Assembly (NCBI GenBank): GCA_951406725.2
Contig: OX597816.1
Coordinates: 36,394,001 to 36,458,000, forward strand
Direction: 5' to 3'
Length of the DNA stretch: 64,000 nucleotides
Origin: Octopus vulgaris
Taxonomy: Eukaryota
Program-made: the position numbers and the translations under genes
The notes under the pieces: generated by a model
Seen by the model: only the letters and a program-made list of their open reading frames with translations
What the model was told of the DNA's origin: nothing
Database searches by the model: none
Shown here: positions 26,923-39,635 of the stretch, piece by piece
How the letters are laid out: every line of letters starts with the position of its first letter
How positions within the stretch are numbered: position 1 is the first letter of the stretch

Positions 26923-27599
26923 ATCATGTGTGTGTGTTTATATCTGTGTATGTGTGTGTCATAGCGAGTGGAACCTCAGAAGGGATAAAATCCAAGTGAG
27001 GTGTATACCACCGCCTACTCTTCAGGCCGAGGATATCTTGATTAGATTAAAGCCTACATTGCCACAAGGCGGTACATGTTGACGCAAGAGTGATGCATGA
27101 TAAGGCGCAATTAGGAACAATCATCTGCGCATTCTGTTTGATATATTTTACAAGCTCACTGCTAACTGTCGATTTTATATGTATTATGCTACGCTACTCT
27201 GGAAACAAACACGGACTGTATGAACCATGTGAAACACGCAGGCAGCACAACAGTCAATTAGATAGCATAATGTTAGAATATTTTTAAACAAGTGCACCTG
27301 TATATTTGGAATGTTATTCAACTCAACAAATCTTTGTAATACAGGGACATCTTTAAACATATACCAGGGGAGAGCATTCGATTAAATTGAAATCAATATA
27401 TGACTACCAATTTAACAGATCGAAGATGAAAGATAAAGGTGATTTCGATACGATTAGGACTCAAAGTTTAAAGTGTTGTATCCGTGTTTTGTTTGCGTAT
27501 CTGCCATTCTACTACAACAAACATTTTACTGTACCATTCATATGAAACTATCTTTTACCTGGTGTAATAGAGAAGCAGTTTAATGGTCAATACTAATAA

Positions 27600-27812
27600 T
27601 ATTCCTTTCTACTCTAGGCACAAGACCTGAGTTTTAGGGGGAGAAGATAGTCGATTCCATAGACTCTAGTACTGAACTGGTATTTATTTTATCAGCCCCG
27701 AAAGAATAAAATGGAAAATCGACCGCGGCAGAATTTGAACTCAGAACGTAAAGACAGACGAAATTACGCTAAGCATTTTGTCAGGCGTGTTACCGATTCT
27801 GTCAGCTCATCA
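27600..27812 (-). mobile_element. SINE family B, diverged
   Basis: gcagaatttgaactcagaacgtaaagacagacgaaa matches 59455-59490. Confidence 0.8.
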
Positions 27813-28942
27813 CCTTCTCAATAATGATAATAATGAAACTGCAAGCGAAATAGGCTCTGTATACGATTTCGAAAAAGAAATCGATAAATAAAATATAAAA
27901 AGTAATGGAAGAATACAAATAAATCTCATTACAAAATAACCTAAACGAAGAAAGGCATGTAATGGAGCTGAATAATTAAAATTGTCGTGTTTGTACGAGT
28001 AACATTGAATTCTATCGTTTAATATACCATGGAGAAAATATGTAAATGCGTTAACGATAGATACCGCTGGCACAAAAACATCCGAGGCGATGATGCTAAG
28101 CATAAAATTATCTATAAACTTATTGAAATAGTTTTAGCGTATATTCTTTTGATATGATTGCAAAAAGCTGAGTTAGAGATTTCTTTTGAGTTAAATAACC
28201 GATAGAGCTGCTATTCAAATACGATAATGTGCACTAGAGCAATGTGAAAATATAGTGATATACGATGCGTTGAATATATTGTCGATAAAGCATATTAGAC
28301 AAGGGAAAATGGACTACATATCGAAAGTAAACACTTCTCTGGTGTTACAAGAAAAAGACATTAACAATATGAAGAACGAAACTACATTTTAGGAAGAAAA
28401 CTGGAAAATATATGAAATGAATACTACAAACATCAAAACGTAACGTATATAACATGAACTATTTAAGCATCCATAGAGAATTAAGTTGTATCGTAGTTAT
28501 TATCTCGAACACGGTTTACCTTCACAAGCGATTAGATTAATGTGTTTCGGTAGATTAATGTAAGATGTACTATTATTACTAAAACAAATAATCTTAGCTA
28601 AATTTTGTTCACTAAAACATCTACTAACCAACACATCGGATGCCGTAAAAACACATGAGAGTTCACTCACACACGTCCTCAGCATTCACGCAAACACACA
28701 CTCTCTTTCACACATATACACGCACGCACACATATATACATAGATACATATGTGTGTGTGTGTGTGTGTGCATATATATATATATATATATATAAGTGTA
28801 TTTTCCCGTGTTAACAACTAACACGGAGAAATCGATAAATAGTTACCAGGGTTGGAATAATATCAGTGAAATCTTCGAAGAATGTGTCGGAAGTAAAAGC
28901 ATTTGAATTATACCTGCGTTAAACTCCATTTATATATATATA

Positions 28943-28997
<55 letters not shown>

Positions 28998-29427
28998 GTA
29001 TATATACATATATATGCATATACAGATACAGGTTTTGCAGTATAGTTAAGACACTATGTATTACATCCATATACGTTTCTGGTTCAGTCACACAGCTTTG
29101 CAACTTGTATAATTATCACTGGGCTAACTACAATTTGCTTTGAGAAGGGTGTCTCCTTTTCCTGAAAAGTGTTCGTGTCATAAACAATGTTGTGTTTAGA
29201 TAACAGAATAACCTAAACGTTTAGATAGCACAGAGTCGCAGGCAAATGAATGTGAATTTAAATACCATCTCCATCCAGGACAAGGACCATGGCGTCGAAT
29301 GTGGCAATAAATACAATCCAGATCTAACTCGTATGAAGTTAGAACGATTACATAAACAGACTTATGCTTGAAACATATAGTTGCAGGACGCACAAAATGC
29401 AGATTATTAAATTATGAAATATATACA

Positions 29428-29602
29428 CTCTTTTACTCTTTTAGTTGTTTCAGTCATTTGAATGCGGCCATGCTGGAGCACCGCCTTTTAGTCGAGCAAA
29501 TCAACCCCAGGACTTATTTTTGTAAGCCTAGGACTTATTCTGTCGGTCTTTTTTTCCCAACCGCTAAGTAACGGGGACGTGAACACACACACACATATAT
29601 AT

Positions 29603-29666
<64 letters not shown>

Positions 29667-29812
29667 GACAGGCTTCTTTCAGTTTTCGTCTACCAAATCC
29701 ACTCAGAAGGCTTATAGTAGAAGACACTTTCCCAAGGTGCCACGCAGTGGGACTGAACCCGGAACCGTGTGGTTGGTAAGCAAGCTACTTACCACACAGC
29801 CACTCCTGCACC

Positions 29813-29854
<42 letters not shown>

Positions 29855-30280
29855 TATACTCTTTACTCTTTACTCTTTTACTTGTTTCAGTCATTTGACT
29901 GCGGCCATGCTGGAGCACCTACTTTTAGTCGAGTAAATCGACCCAGGACTTATTCTTTGTAAACCTAGTACTTATTCTATAAGTCACTGTTGCTGAACCG
30001 CTAAGTTACGGGGACGTAAACACACCACCGTCGGTTGCCAAGCAATGGTGGGGGGACAAACACAGAGACACAAACATATACACACATACGTATATATATA
30101 TATATATACATATATACGACGGGCTTCTTCCAGTTTCCGTCTACCAAATCCACTCACAAGGCTTTGGTCGGCCCGAGGCTATAGTAGAAGACACTTGCCC
30201 AAGGTGCCGCGCAGTGGGAATGAACCCGGAACCATGTGGTTGGTAAGCAATCTACTTACCACACAGCCACTCCTGCGCCT
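29428..30280 (-). mobile_element. Two tandem SINE family A copies (29428-29813 with deletions; 29857-30280)
   Basis: Reverse complements of 34901-35309, each with head ggagtggctgtgtggtaag and CORE-like ttgg(g)caagtgtcttct. Confidence 0.93.
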
Positions 30281-30987
30281 ATATATATATATATATTTAC
30301 GTATTCATAGTTAATATGCGCACGGTGTCATACGAGTGAGATAAGCAACAAGTTCAGATGAAATTGTCAAATTAAATTAAGTTTCCTTTTTCAAGAGCAC
30401 AGTGGTAAATTCGACTTGTAGTTCTACGAATAAACTTATCAAAAGAAAAGACGAATAATCGTTGGACGAAGCGAATAGAAATAGTAGCACAGATTGGATA
30501 GTTAAGGTGCAAGACAAAGAGCAGGTGTGAAAAAATAGATTAAAGTTAATAGCTGGTCGAAAGAAAATATAGACAGTGGTCAGTGAATCAAGCACGCATC
30601 AAAATAATTGTTCTCAGACAATAAAACACATGATCTATTTCCGACACTACGAAAACAATACTTGAATAGGCAGTGATATTTAATATAAATGTGACGGAGA
30701 AAATGTCAGGTATGTCACCGCTGGACATTTATCATTGACAGGCCCAAGCTAAGCCAAAATCACATGATCTGGCAGTTCATGAATTTTATCATTTCCAAAA
30801 CAAACAAAAAAACAAAAAAAAAAACTATGATAATCCATTCTTTCATTGCAATTTTGTGGGGAGGGAGATATTTATACTGAAACAAGGGCTGAATTGGTAC
30901 GTATTTTATCCGGACCTAAAGAATGGAAAAAATAAGTCGACCGCGGCAACGTCTGACTTCCTATAGTACGGAATCTGAAGAAATACC

Positions 30988-31133
30988 TATTTCTTTACTA
31001 CCCACAAGGGGCTAAACATAGAGAGGACAAACAAGGACAGACAAACGGATTAAGTCGATTACATCGACCCCAGTGTGTAACTGGTACTTAATTTATCGAC
31101 CCCGAAAGGATGAAAGGCAAAGTCGACAGTATT
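30988..31133 (-). mobile_element. Young 5'-truncated SINE B with 16-bp TSD, inside an older SINE B
   Basis: aatctgaagaaatacc at 30972-30987 and 31134-31149. Confidence 0.88.
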
Positions 31134-31197
31134 AATCTGAAGAAATACCGTTAAGCTTTTTCTCTGACATGCTACATACATTGTGCTACCTCTCCGC

Positions 31198-31252
<55 letters not shown>

Positions 31253-31399
31253 GCAATAATAACAATAACAATTATAAACACAGACCTATATATATATACC
31301 TACAGATACACATATATATACATTATGTATATCATATTGTATTATATAATACTATATATATATCTCATACCGTATGTTATATTATGTTATGATTTTGGG

Positions 31400-31945
31400 A
31401 CACTTTCCAACAAGTAATGGACTTGACAGAACAAAAAGGTGGTACAAACATAAACTCGAAGGCATCATCGAAAACGATAATGCAATGATCGAATGGGATT
31501 TTATGACCCAGTGCGACCACGAGATAGAGGATAGGAAACCAGACACAGTGTTAATTAAGACTGCAAACTATGCTGGACCATAGACATAGAATGTCCGGCT
31601 GATAACAAGTTATGCGCTAATGAAGGAAGAAAAGTCGCTAGATATAACAGGTTAGCTTTGGAGGTTAAGCAGTTGTGCGAATTATCGGAGCCCTGGGAAC
31701 AGGGAGAAAAATTATCGGAGCCCTAGGAACAGGGAGTAAAATCTTGAGAATTACATAGAACAAAGTGGGGTTGCAATAAGGGTAGAGCACTTGCAGAAAA
31801 TAGTACAACTTTGAACCGCTCGAATATCCCGGATGGAGCTCGAAAATTAAGAGGTATTACCTTAGTTCACTTGTAGTGAACAGCTGACACTGTATTACAT
31901 CTCCAGAGTTAGAAGCTCTGTAAAGTCAATAAAATAATAATAATT
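31400..31945 (+). mobile_element. Dong/R4-type 3' end
   Basis: WYKHKLEGIIEND..WDFMTQCDHEIEDRKPDTVL, IDIECPAD, IIGALGT (30-bp duplication); ends in ataataataat. Confidence 0.88.
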
Positions 31946-32173
31946 GTAATTTGATCAGTTAAGGAATCAGAATGTTAAAGAAAAAAGGTGGAGTACATTT
32001 CGTACAGATGTGTCAATTTCCCTTTCATCTCTGCCCCTCCCCGTTGTTAAGTCATCATTGCTTTTCTGTATCTTTCTTCTCTATCTGCTTTCTCTCATGA
32101 ACGCGGCATATAATGCTTATGAAGACTTATTGCCTTTCATCTATTCAATCATCTATCTTATTTCCACCACCTG

Positions 32174-32360
32174 TTAATAGATTTTTATTATTTTCTATAT
32201 AATCAGAATATTTTTGCACACACTAATTTACGGATTTTGTTCATTCATTCTATATTCTTTTCATCTCTAAATACAATGGTATATTAATAGATTTTTATTA
32301 TTATTTATATACCGAGGATATTTTTGCATACATAAATTTACGGATTTTATTTATTCGTTT
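32174..32360. repeat. Diverged ~76-bp direct duplication (offset ~111 bp)
   Basis: ttaatagatttttattatt...atatttttgca...aatttacggatttt occurs twice. Confidence 0.8.
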
Positions 32361-32906
32361 TACCTTATTGTCGTTATTAGTAGATATACTTCCTTAAATG
32401 TTAATACTGTCCGGATCTCTTTTAATAACAAACCTAGTCAAGCAATCCTCTCGTTCCTAAGTTATATAAATGAATTACAAAAGCAATGTGCAATTCTAAT
32501 TTAACATCCGTAAGATTGCAGAAATGAAATTGAAATACTTCAAAGTGATCGTTCCCGATACGATCAACCTGAATTTCTCGCCCTCCATTCTCTCAATTTT
32601 TGCAAGTCTCGTCTGAAGTGGCATATATTTGTTTCAGGAATAATAGCGCCTTTCTGTGTGCGTCACAAATAATTGTCAACCTTATATTCTCTTAAAATGA
32701 TAGAACTTATTACTTGAACAAGAAGCAGCGAAATTTTAATTGGCTGAAATAATTGTGTGCCGAGTTATCGAGATGAAAGGTGTTCAAGAGCAGGAGATAG
32801 ATTGAAATTAAATAATACCTATTTATCATGAATATCCATATGGATTAATCGACTGACATTAGCGAATTAGATTTGTAGCGAATTAGTTTCGTATGCACTA
32901 TTCGTC

Positions 32907-32942
<36 letters not shown>

Positions 32943-32949
32943 ATGATGA

Positions 32950-34182
32950 AGTATCAAAGAATGAGCTTTCTTTGTGAATCATTGCTGATTCGTAGAAAAT
33001 TTGTTGATGCTTCCCGTGGATTCTTTGGAAGGTAATTATCTATATTTGAACAAACTGGATTACTGATGCTCTAAGCAATAGATAGGCACAATGATAGTCG
33101 TACAACTCTGGTGAAAGAAGGGTAAAAACTTAGCACTGCACACTTCATTGACATGTATTTGTTGTGATGACTTTACAACTGCCAAGATGTTATTGATACG
33201 GTAATTAAAACTGTATATTTCATTCGTGGCAATCTTCTCCATCATAGAATCCTCAATACTTTCTGATAAGAATTAGGAAGTGATTATTAAGTTCTGATTT
33301 GCTATAGTCTCTGCATTGGTATCACGCGACCGGGATTTTGTTATACAGTTATCATTATATCTAAAGAAATTGCGTTTTCGTCCCAAAGCAAGACAAGAAT
33401 TTCGTAAGAATATTTGAAAAGTGTGAATTTGGTTCATTCCCGCGAATCTCCCATATTGGACTATTTAAATGATATAGTAGTGTTTGACTTACGTAAACCT
33501 GTTGAAAAGGCTTTCCTTTAAGAGTTTCCGAATTGAAAAACAATATAGAAAGAAAATATTTCCACAGTTCCACTGCTTGTGAAAGGGATAAGAGAATAAT
33601 TGATTGGATATGGTGCGTTGCTGACGGAACGAATTTGTAAACGTCTTCGGAGCTTCAAAAACCATGAGTGTTGCATATGTCAAAGAAAGGAGCTGACAAA
33701 TGGATCTGCAAACAATATGTACAAGACTTCGATAAAATCATAATTATTATTATTAAGTGGTTGCCCATTAAGCCTGCAAAATCCTTTCCCTGAAACTTTT
33801 CATGTAGTCATCATTACTAAACAGCTAACAACATTCCAGGAACGTGCAACTTTAGCATTCGAATCAATAACTTTCTAATATGTCGCATATATGAAATAAG
33901 ACCAGCACTCAGGAGAATACAGTGGCATTTATAACATGCTGCTCGCATTTGCAAATACAGAAGCAAACAGTAAAATAAGCAAGGGTATAAATTATGTTTT
34001 TCGTTAATTTAGTGAAGCATATTTGTTAACGCTGCGAAGTTACAGACTTTCTTGAAGTTGGCTCTTTATTTACAATTTCTACTGTAATAAAAAAATATAT
34101 AAGATGAGACCTGAAATGAAACTGTGACTGCCTTTCAATGACATACCGGCGAACTATACTAATAAAAAGATGGGAAACGCTG
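32950..34182 (+). mobile_element. hAT-Charlie/GTF2IRD2-like transposon relic with right TIR
   Basis: ITDA, VIDTVIKTVYFIRGNLLHHRILNTF, ELGSDY, HWYH/SR; terminus aaaagatgggaaacgctg. Confidence 0.75.
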
Positions 34183-34488
34183 CTTAATTTGGTAAGGCAA
34201 ATCATAGTATATACCTGATATCTCTAGCTGCGAGAGCTCGAAGAAATCTCGAAGAAAGGTATGAACATTAATTACCTCCCACAAAACACTTTAATCATTC
34301 AGACTCTTGACTCCTTCAGTTTAATTCGAAACAGCAGAGGATATGGGTCCTGATAAAACAGCATCGACCATGATGTTAGGTTGTATATCCAACAGTTTGC
34401 AGTCGCTGCAGTTGAAACACGTGTAGGTTAGGTAACGATCGTGCAAATGACTGTTAAATAAAATTATAGATGTAAAAAATCTCCGGTC

Positions 34489-34566
34489 TAATTATTATTA
34501 TTATTATTACTATTATTATTATTATAACTATTATTATTATTATTATTATTATTATTATGATTATTA

Positions 34567-34627
<61 letters not shown>

Positions 34628-34645
34628 CATTATTATTATTATTAC
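34489..34645. repeat. (ATT)n microsatellite
   Basis: Read directly. Confidence 0.97.
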
Positions 34646-34880
34646 TATTAGGTTGGCGATTAATCATTGCGGCCTTTTTTCAATAAATTTTATTCAACAA
34701 AATCAGTTACAACATTTAACAAGAACATCTTTAAATTATTATTCCCGAGCATATTCACCATCAACTTCAATTTCTGCTTGGCGTTTTGTTTACATTGGCG
34801 TATCGTTTGGATTGGCTTTTTAGCAAATTTTTTGTTGGATAAAATTTGTAGAAAAAAACGCAATACTTATGCACCAATTA
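34646..34880 (-). mobile_element. mariner deletion derivative (MITE-like)
   Basis: TIRs tattaggttggcgattaatcattgcgg and aaaacgcaatacttatgcaccaattata; minus-strand EIEVDGEY C-terminal remnant. Confidence 0.8.
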
Positions 34881-34900
34881 TATATATATAAATATATATA

Positions 34901-35071
34901 TGCGTAGGAGTGGCTGTGTGGTAAGTAGCTTGCTACCCAACCACATGGTTCCGGGTTCAGTCCCACTGCGTGGCATCTTGGGCAAGTGTCTTCTACAATA
35001 GCCTCGGGCCGACCAAAGCCTTGTGAGTGGATTTGGTAGACGGAAACTGAAAGAAGCCCGTCGTATATATG

Positions 35072-35104
<33 letters not shown>

Positions 35105-35309
35105 TTGTGTCTGTGTTTGTCCCCCCAACATTGCTTGGCAACCGGTGCTGTTGTGTACACGTCCCGTAACTTAGCGGTCGGCAATTGACACCGATAGAAT
35201 AAGTGCTAGGTTTACAAAGAATAAGTACTGCGGTCGATTTGCTCGACTGAAGGCGGTGCTCCAGCACGGCCACAGTCAAATGACTGAAACAAGTAAAAGA
35301 GTAAAGAGC
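34901..35309 (+). mobile_element. SINE family A, full length (tRNA-like head, CORE-like block, internal microsatellite)
   Basis: A-box-like tggctgtgtggtaag, B-box-like ggttcagtccc, ttgggcaagtgtcttct, tail aaagagt repeats; many related copies in the window. Confidence 0.95.
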
Positions 35310-35709
35310 TTTATGCATTGTCGTTCTTTTTGACAGCCTTTGAGATCAGTCGCATCTGTTCTGTTCTGTCTCGCCAACCGGTGAGTTAAGATTTTTCTTG
35401 CGCTAGCTTACTATAATGTCTGATAGTCGAAAGACATTGTTTTGATCTATTTCTGTTTTATAGCCGAAATACTTTTGTCCATTGTATGTGTATAATTCTC
35501 TTTCTTATGTTATGATTGTCCGATAGTCGTTATACCCGTTCTATTTGTTATTTACTTGCGTTTGTATACGTACATTCGTTTGTGTTGCTCAAGGGCTTAA
35601 TGCCTTCAGTATATATATTATTGATATTTACAGAAAAACATAAGACGAAAACAGATGCATGAACAACATATAGGTGTGTTAAGACTGAAAGTCGGAAAAG
35701 TAAGAAAGT

Positions 35710-35745
35710 CTTTTACATTTCGAGCCTAACTTCCTCAAAAGAAAG
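35710..35745 (-). ncRNA. Decayed hammerhead motif related to the 24412/40232 family
   Basis: CUUU CUUUUGA GGAAGUUAGGCUC GAAA UG UA AAAG; core mutated. Confidence 0.45.
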
Positions 35746-35896
35746 GAATAAGAGAAAATAAACAGAGAGAATAAAAAACTTATGGATTTAACGATCAAAA
35801 AAAATATATATATATATATATATATATTAAACAAAATGAGATAACGAAGCCAAGGCTGTGAGGAGCTTTCAGGATATTTATAGGGAAAAATATATA

Positions 35897-35947
35897 ATCG
35901 TACAGCTGTTTCTAGGATATTATCGATATCTCTTCATCATAGACGAT
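35897..35947 (-). ncRNA. Decayed minimal hammerhead motif
   Basis: aucgucu AUGAUGA ..GAUAU-cgaua-AUAUC.. GAAA CAGCUG UA cgau; palindromic stem III, C3 mutated. Confidence 0.55.
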
Positions 35948-36158
35948 GTAAGATGGTTAAAAAGAGGTACATATTTGAATTCGAAATAATGTATTATTAT
36001 GGAAGAGAAGGAGATAGGAAATATAGAAGGAAATATGAGAATAAAAGTAGTAATAAAGTCTGGAGCCCTAGATTATGTGTTGCTCATTCGAACAGATCTT
36101 GTAGCATGTATGTGTGCGTGTATATATATAAGTGTGTGTGTGCGTGTGTGTATGTATG

Positions 36159-36199
<41 letters not shown>

Positions 36200-36241
36200 G
36201 CACACACACACACGCACACACACATACACACACGCACACAT

Positions 36242-36337
<96 letters not shown>

Positions 36338-36568
36338 ATAAGATCGTTAATTTAAAAAATAAAACAACGATTTTATCAAGTCGTCAGCGTGAGAAAAATA
36401 ACCTTCAAAGGTAATAATTATTAAAATTAAAAATTAGGGTATCTACAAGATACCACCTTGCTGAAAATAGCAGCCATGATCTGACTCTAAAACCACCTTA
36501 ATTGTACATATATCAACACGGGGAGAAAACAAAGAGACAAGATGAAACTAGTAAAAAACTACTGGATA

Positions 36569-36627
36569 ATTCTAGATCCCGGATTTCTGCCTTTGCATTT
36601 AGTAAAGCTTTGCCTCGTCAGTAGAAT
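36569..36627 (-). ncRNA. Type-I hammerhead motif with intact core
   Basis: AUUCUA CUGACGA [27 nt, imperfect stem II] GAAA UCCGGGA UC UAGAAU; perfect 6-bp stem I. Confidence 0.65.
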
Positions 36628-37655
36628 ACACGCAGAAGAGAATCATAAATACATATATATATAAGCTCAACATACGAATACTTACATATACGAATGTATA
36701 CCCACATATATATATGCACGTATGCATCATGGCCAGTTCAAAATGCCCGCCGTTTAATTCCATGTGAGATATGGTCAAAATATCGCCCCAGTAAATACAG
36801 TGACGAAATTAATTTAAATTTGTATAAATAAGAATAAGATCGTTAATTAAAAAAAAATATACGTTAGGTTGTCCGTTATGCATAATAATTGGAGCTTTGA
36901 TATAAGTTAATAGGAAAACAAATCAGCAATAATTGGAAGTATTTCTAAAAAGATAGACGGACTATCACATATTGGAAAGTAATCGATTTTATTTTATTCG
37001 ATAAATAATAGCCAAATTCCATACAATACAAATGAAATTTTCTGTTTGATAACTAATTTTACTTAAAATTTGCATACAATGTGAAACAGTATATTTCAAT
37101 AAATGGAAAACATTTAAAATTGTAAAATATGAAAGAATTTTAAATATTAAGTGGCATAGTTTGGTATATGTAAAAAAACAGTCGGAGAAAATGAAATTAT
37201 TTTTTGTTTCTCTAAACATTTGAATAATGATTCTTACAATTAGTCTAAAACTCCATATAGTAGGAGCATCATATTATCAAGATAATTACACCTCACTATA
37301 TAACATACATATTTCTAAAACTATTAAAGCGATGAGAGCAGGTGCACAAAATATTTTTACTGTTCTTCTATACGAGTCAAAGTCAAGTTAAATAAGCATT
37401 TCTTATTTATGAATCTGGTGTGTATTAAAATCTATTTCTTCAAAAATAGGTCGTAGTAATTATGCAAAACGAGAGCTAGCAATATTTCTTTTTTTCTAAT
37501 TTATTTGCTATGAAATAGAAAGTCTACAAAGGCAGGGGTTTCGAATTATAAATTCCTATGTGATATGCATACATATGCACACATTTACACATTTATCTCT
37601 GGGGAGTGTTTTTATAAGTGTGAGTGTATGTGTGAGCTTGAATGTCTGTGTTCGA

Positions 37656-37714
<59 letters not shown>

Positions 37715-37769
37715 GTGTATGTATTTATATTTATATTTATATATGTATATATATATTTTTTTTAATACA

Positions 37770-37843
<74 letters not shown>

Positions 37844-37899
37844 TGTATGTGTGTATGTATGTATATACATGTGTGTTTATATGTATATTTGTGAGAAAC

Positions 37900-38036
37900 T
37901 GTATGGTAGGAATTTTGCTTCGCATACACATGGTTTCAGGTTCACTCCCTCTGCATGGCACATTGGGGAAGTGTTTTCTACTGTAGCCTCGTGCCGACCA
38001 GATCCTTCCAGTTGGACTGAAAGAAGTCCGCCGTAC
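37900..38036 (+). mobile_element. SINE family A, 5' part, diverged
   Basis: cacatggtttcaggttcactccc..ggcacattggggaagtgttttct. Confidence 0.75.
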
Positions 38037-38225
38037 ATATATATATGAGAGCATGTATGTACATATTTTTTGTGTGTGCGTGTGTGTATACATACATACA
38101 TACATACATACATACTTATGTGTGTGTGTGCTTGTATGCATATCTGTACATGCATACATATATATACTAAAGTATGTACTAGGGGTGTGATGAAAGCTAC
38201 AGTGACACGTGTGTGTGTACGTAAA

Positions 38226-38232
38226 TATAGAC

Positions 38233-38321
<89 letters not shown>

Positions 38322-38322
38322 T
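38226..38322. repeat. (GATA)n microsatellite
   Basis: Read directly. Confidence 0.97.
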
Positions 38323-39512
38323 GTTTCTTTATTAGCCACACACAGGGACAAAATACAAAGTAGGGCTTTTGTTTTGGGAGAGGAAAGAAGAAAAATGGTG
38401 CGATTAGAATTTCGATCAATAGGAGTCGTGTATCACAGAAATGCCATAATGTAGAAGGGAAAACAGAATAGGTTTATCCGTGGAAAGAAAAGCCTATGGA
38501 AAAGACCACGATACCCTCGGGCAATAATGTCATGCAAAAAACACATTAAAGTCAGTGACACCCCTTTTTCCTTTTTTTCTGGTTCATAGTTTTATGCACA
38601 AGGTGGCGCCGTCATTTACACGTGCCTCTCTTGCTACATTCACCCAACTTTTTGAAACATTCACTAGACAAAAGTTCCCTCTCTACTCTCACCTTTCTCT
38701 TCAAGTGATACTTGAAGTTGATGAGAGATTCACCAGAAAGGAAAGCGCTTGGCTCTAAACCTTTCAGATGCGTCCACCATACACATTCTTTCGCCATAGC
38801 CACAAGTACAATGAAAATGGCTCTTCCTTCTCGTTTCAAGGAAGTAGGTGCGACAATATTCACGATAGACTCGGTTCATAAACTGACCCCTCCCACGCAA
38901 GATAGCAGTCGTTCGACATATACCCACAGGTCGGAAATGGGTGGTACTGTACGAGTGCGTGCACAACGGTTTCGTCGCTCTGACTGCATCTCAGGCAGGT
39001 CGGCCCCACGTTTCTCGAGCCATACCTGTAGAGCTTATCCTGAACGAGTAGCGCTTCTAGATAGCATTGCCAGGTCAGGGACCACTGGAAGTTGTCCATA
39101 GCTCCCATCCCAAAAGTCATCTTAATCAGGCAGGTCAGCTATTCTTCGTCGTCGCCCGCGTTCGCCCCGAGATCGTCGTCGTACCTCCCCTACACTAATC
39201 TCTTATAGAAAGCTTTGGCTGAGTTGTAGTGTGCAGGGTCGACTCGGGACTGCATAGTTGCTTGACAGCAACGCTAAACTCGCAGTGCCCTCGCCCTTCT
39301 TCGGCCTCTTTTTGGTCCACAAAGCAGTTCGGTCATGGAGATGAGGTGCGGGAAAGCGTGCCTCACAGTGACCATACCTATTCACCCTCGTCCTCGTAGA
39401 GCCGGAGAGGTCGCAGTCTCAGCGCGTGTCTGCGCATCAACCACGGCATGCCCAGCCCTCCTTGTAACCGGTGTTGGCAGCAGACGGATCGCCTGACTAT
39501 CGGAACGCATCG
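38321..39512 (-). mobile_element. Tx1/L1-clade LINE 3' part (RT end, zinc-finger-like region, 3'UTR)
   Basis: LQGGLGMPWL..RHALRL, MDNFQWSLTWQCY..DKLYRYG..CLRC..DETVVHAL, AMAKECVWWT; AATAAA near the 3' end. Confidence 0.88.
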
Positions 39513-39635
39513 GATAGGTAGACAGATAGATAGACAGATATATTTGGAAGAGAGAATTTTTTCGTCAATATACATCTATGAAAAGTGTAGTTATCCAGCG
39601 AGAAAATCGGAAGCTGAATTTCTTAGTCTTTACTG

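Noticed and set aside
30045-30314. Recurrent peptide [22 protein letters not shown] (also at 34878 and 49047)
   Set aside because: Antisense reading of SINE A, not a gene family.
35953-38419. YI/VC/HT/MYVC-repeat ORFs here and throughout the window
   Set aside because: Dinucleotide and tetranucleotide repeats that simply lack stop codons.
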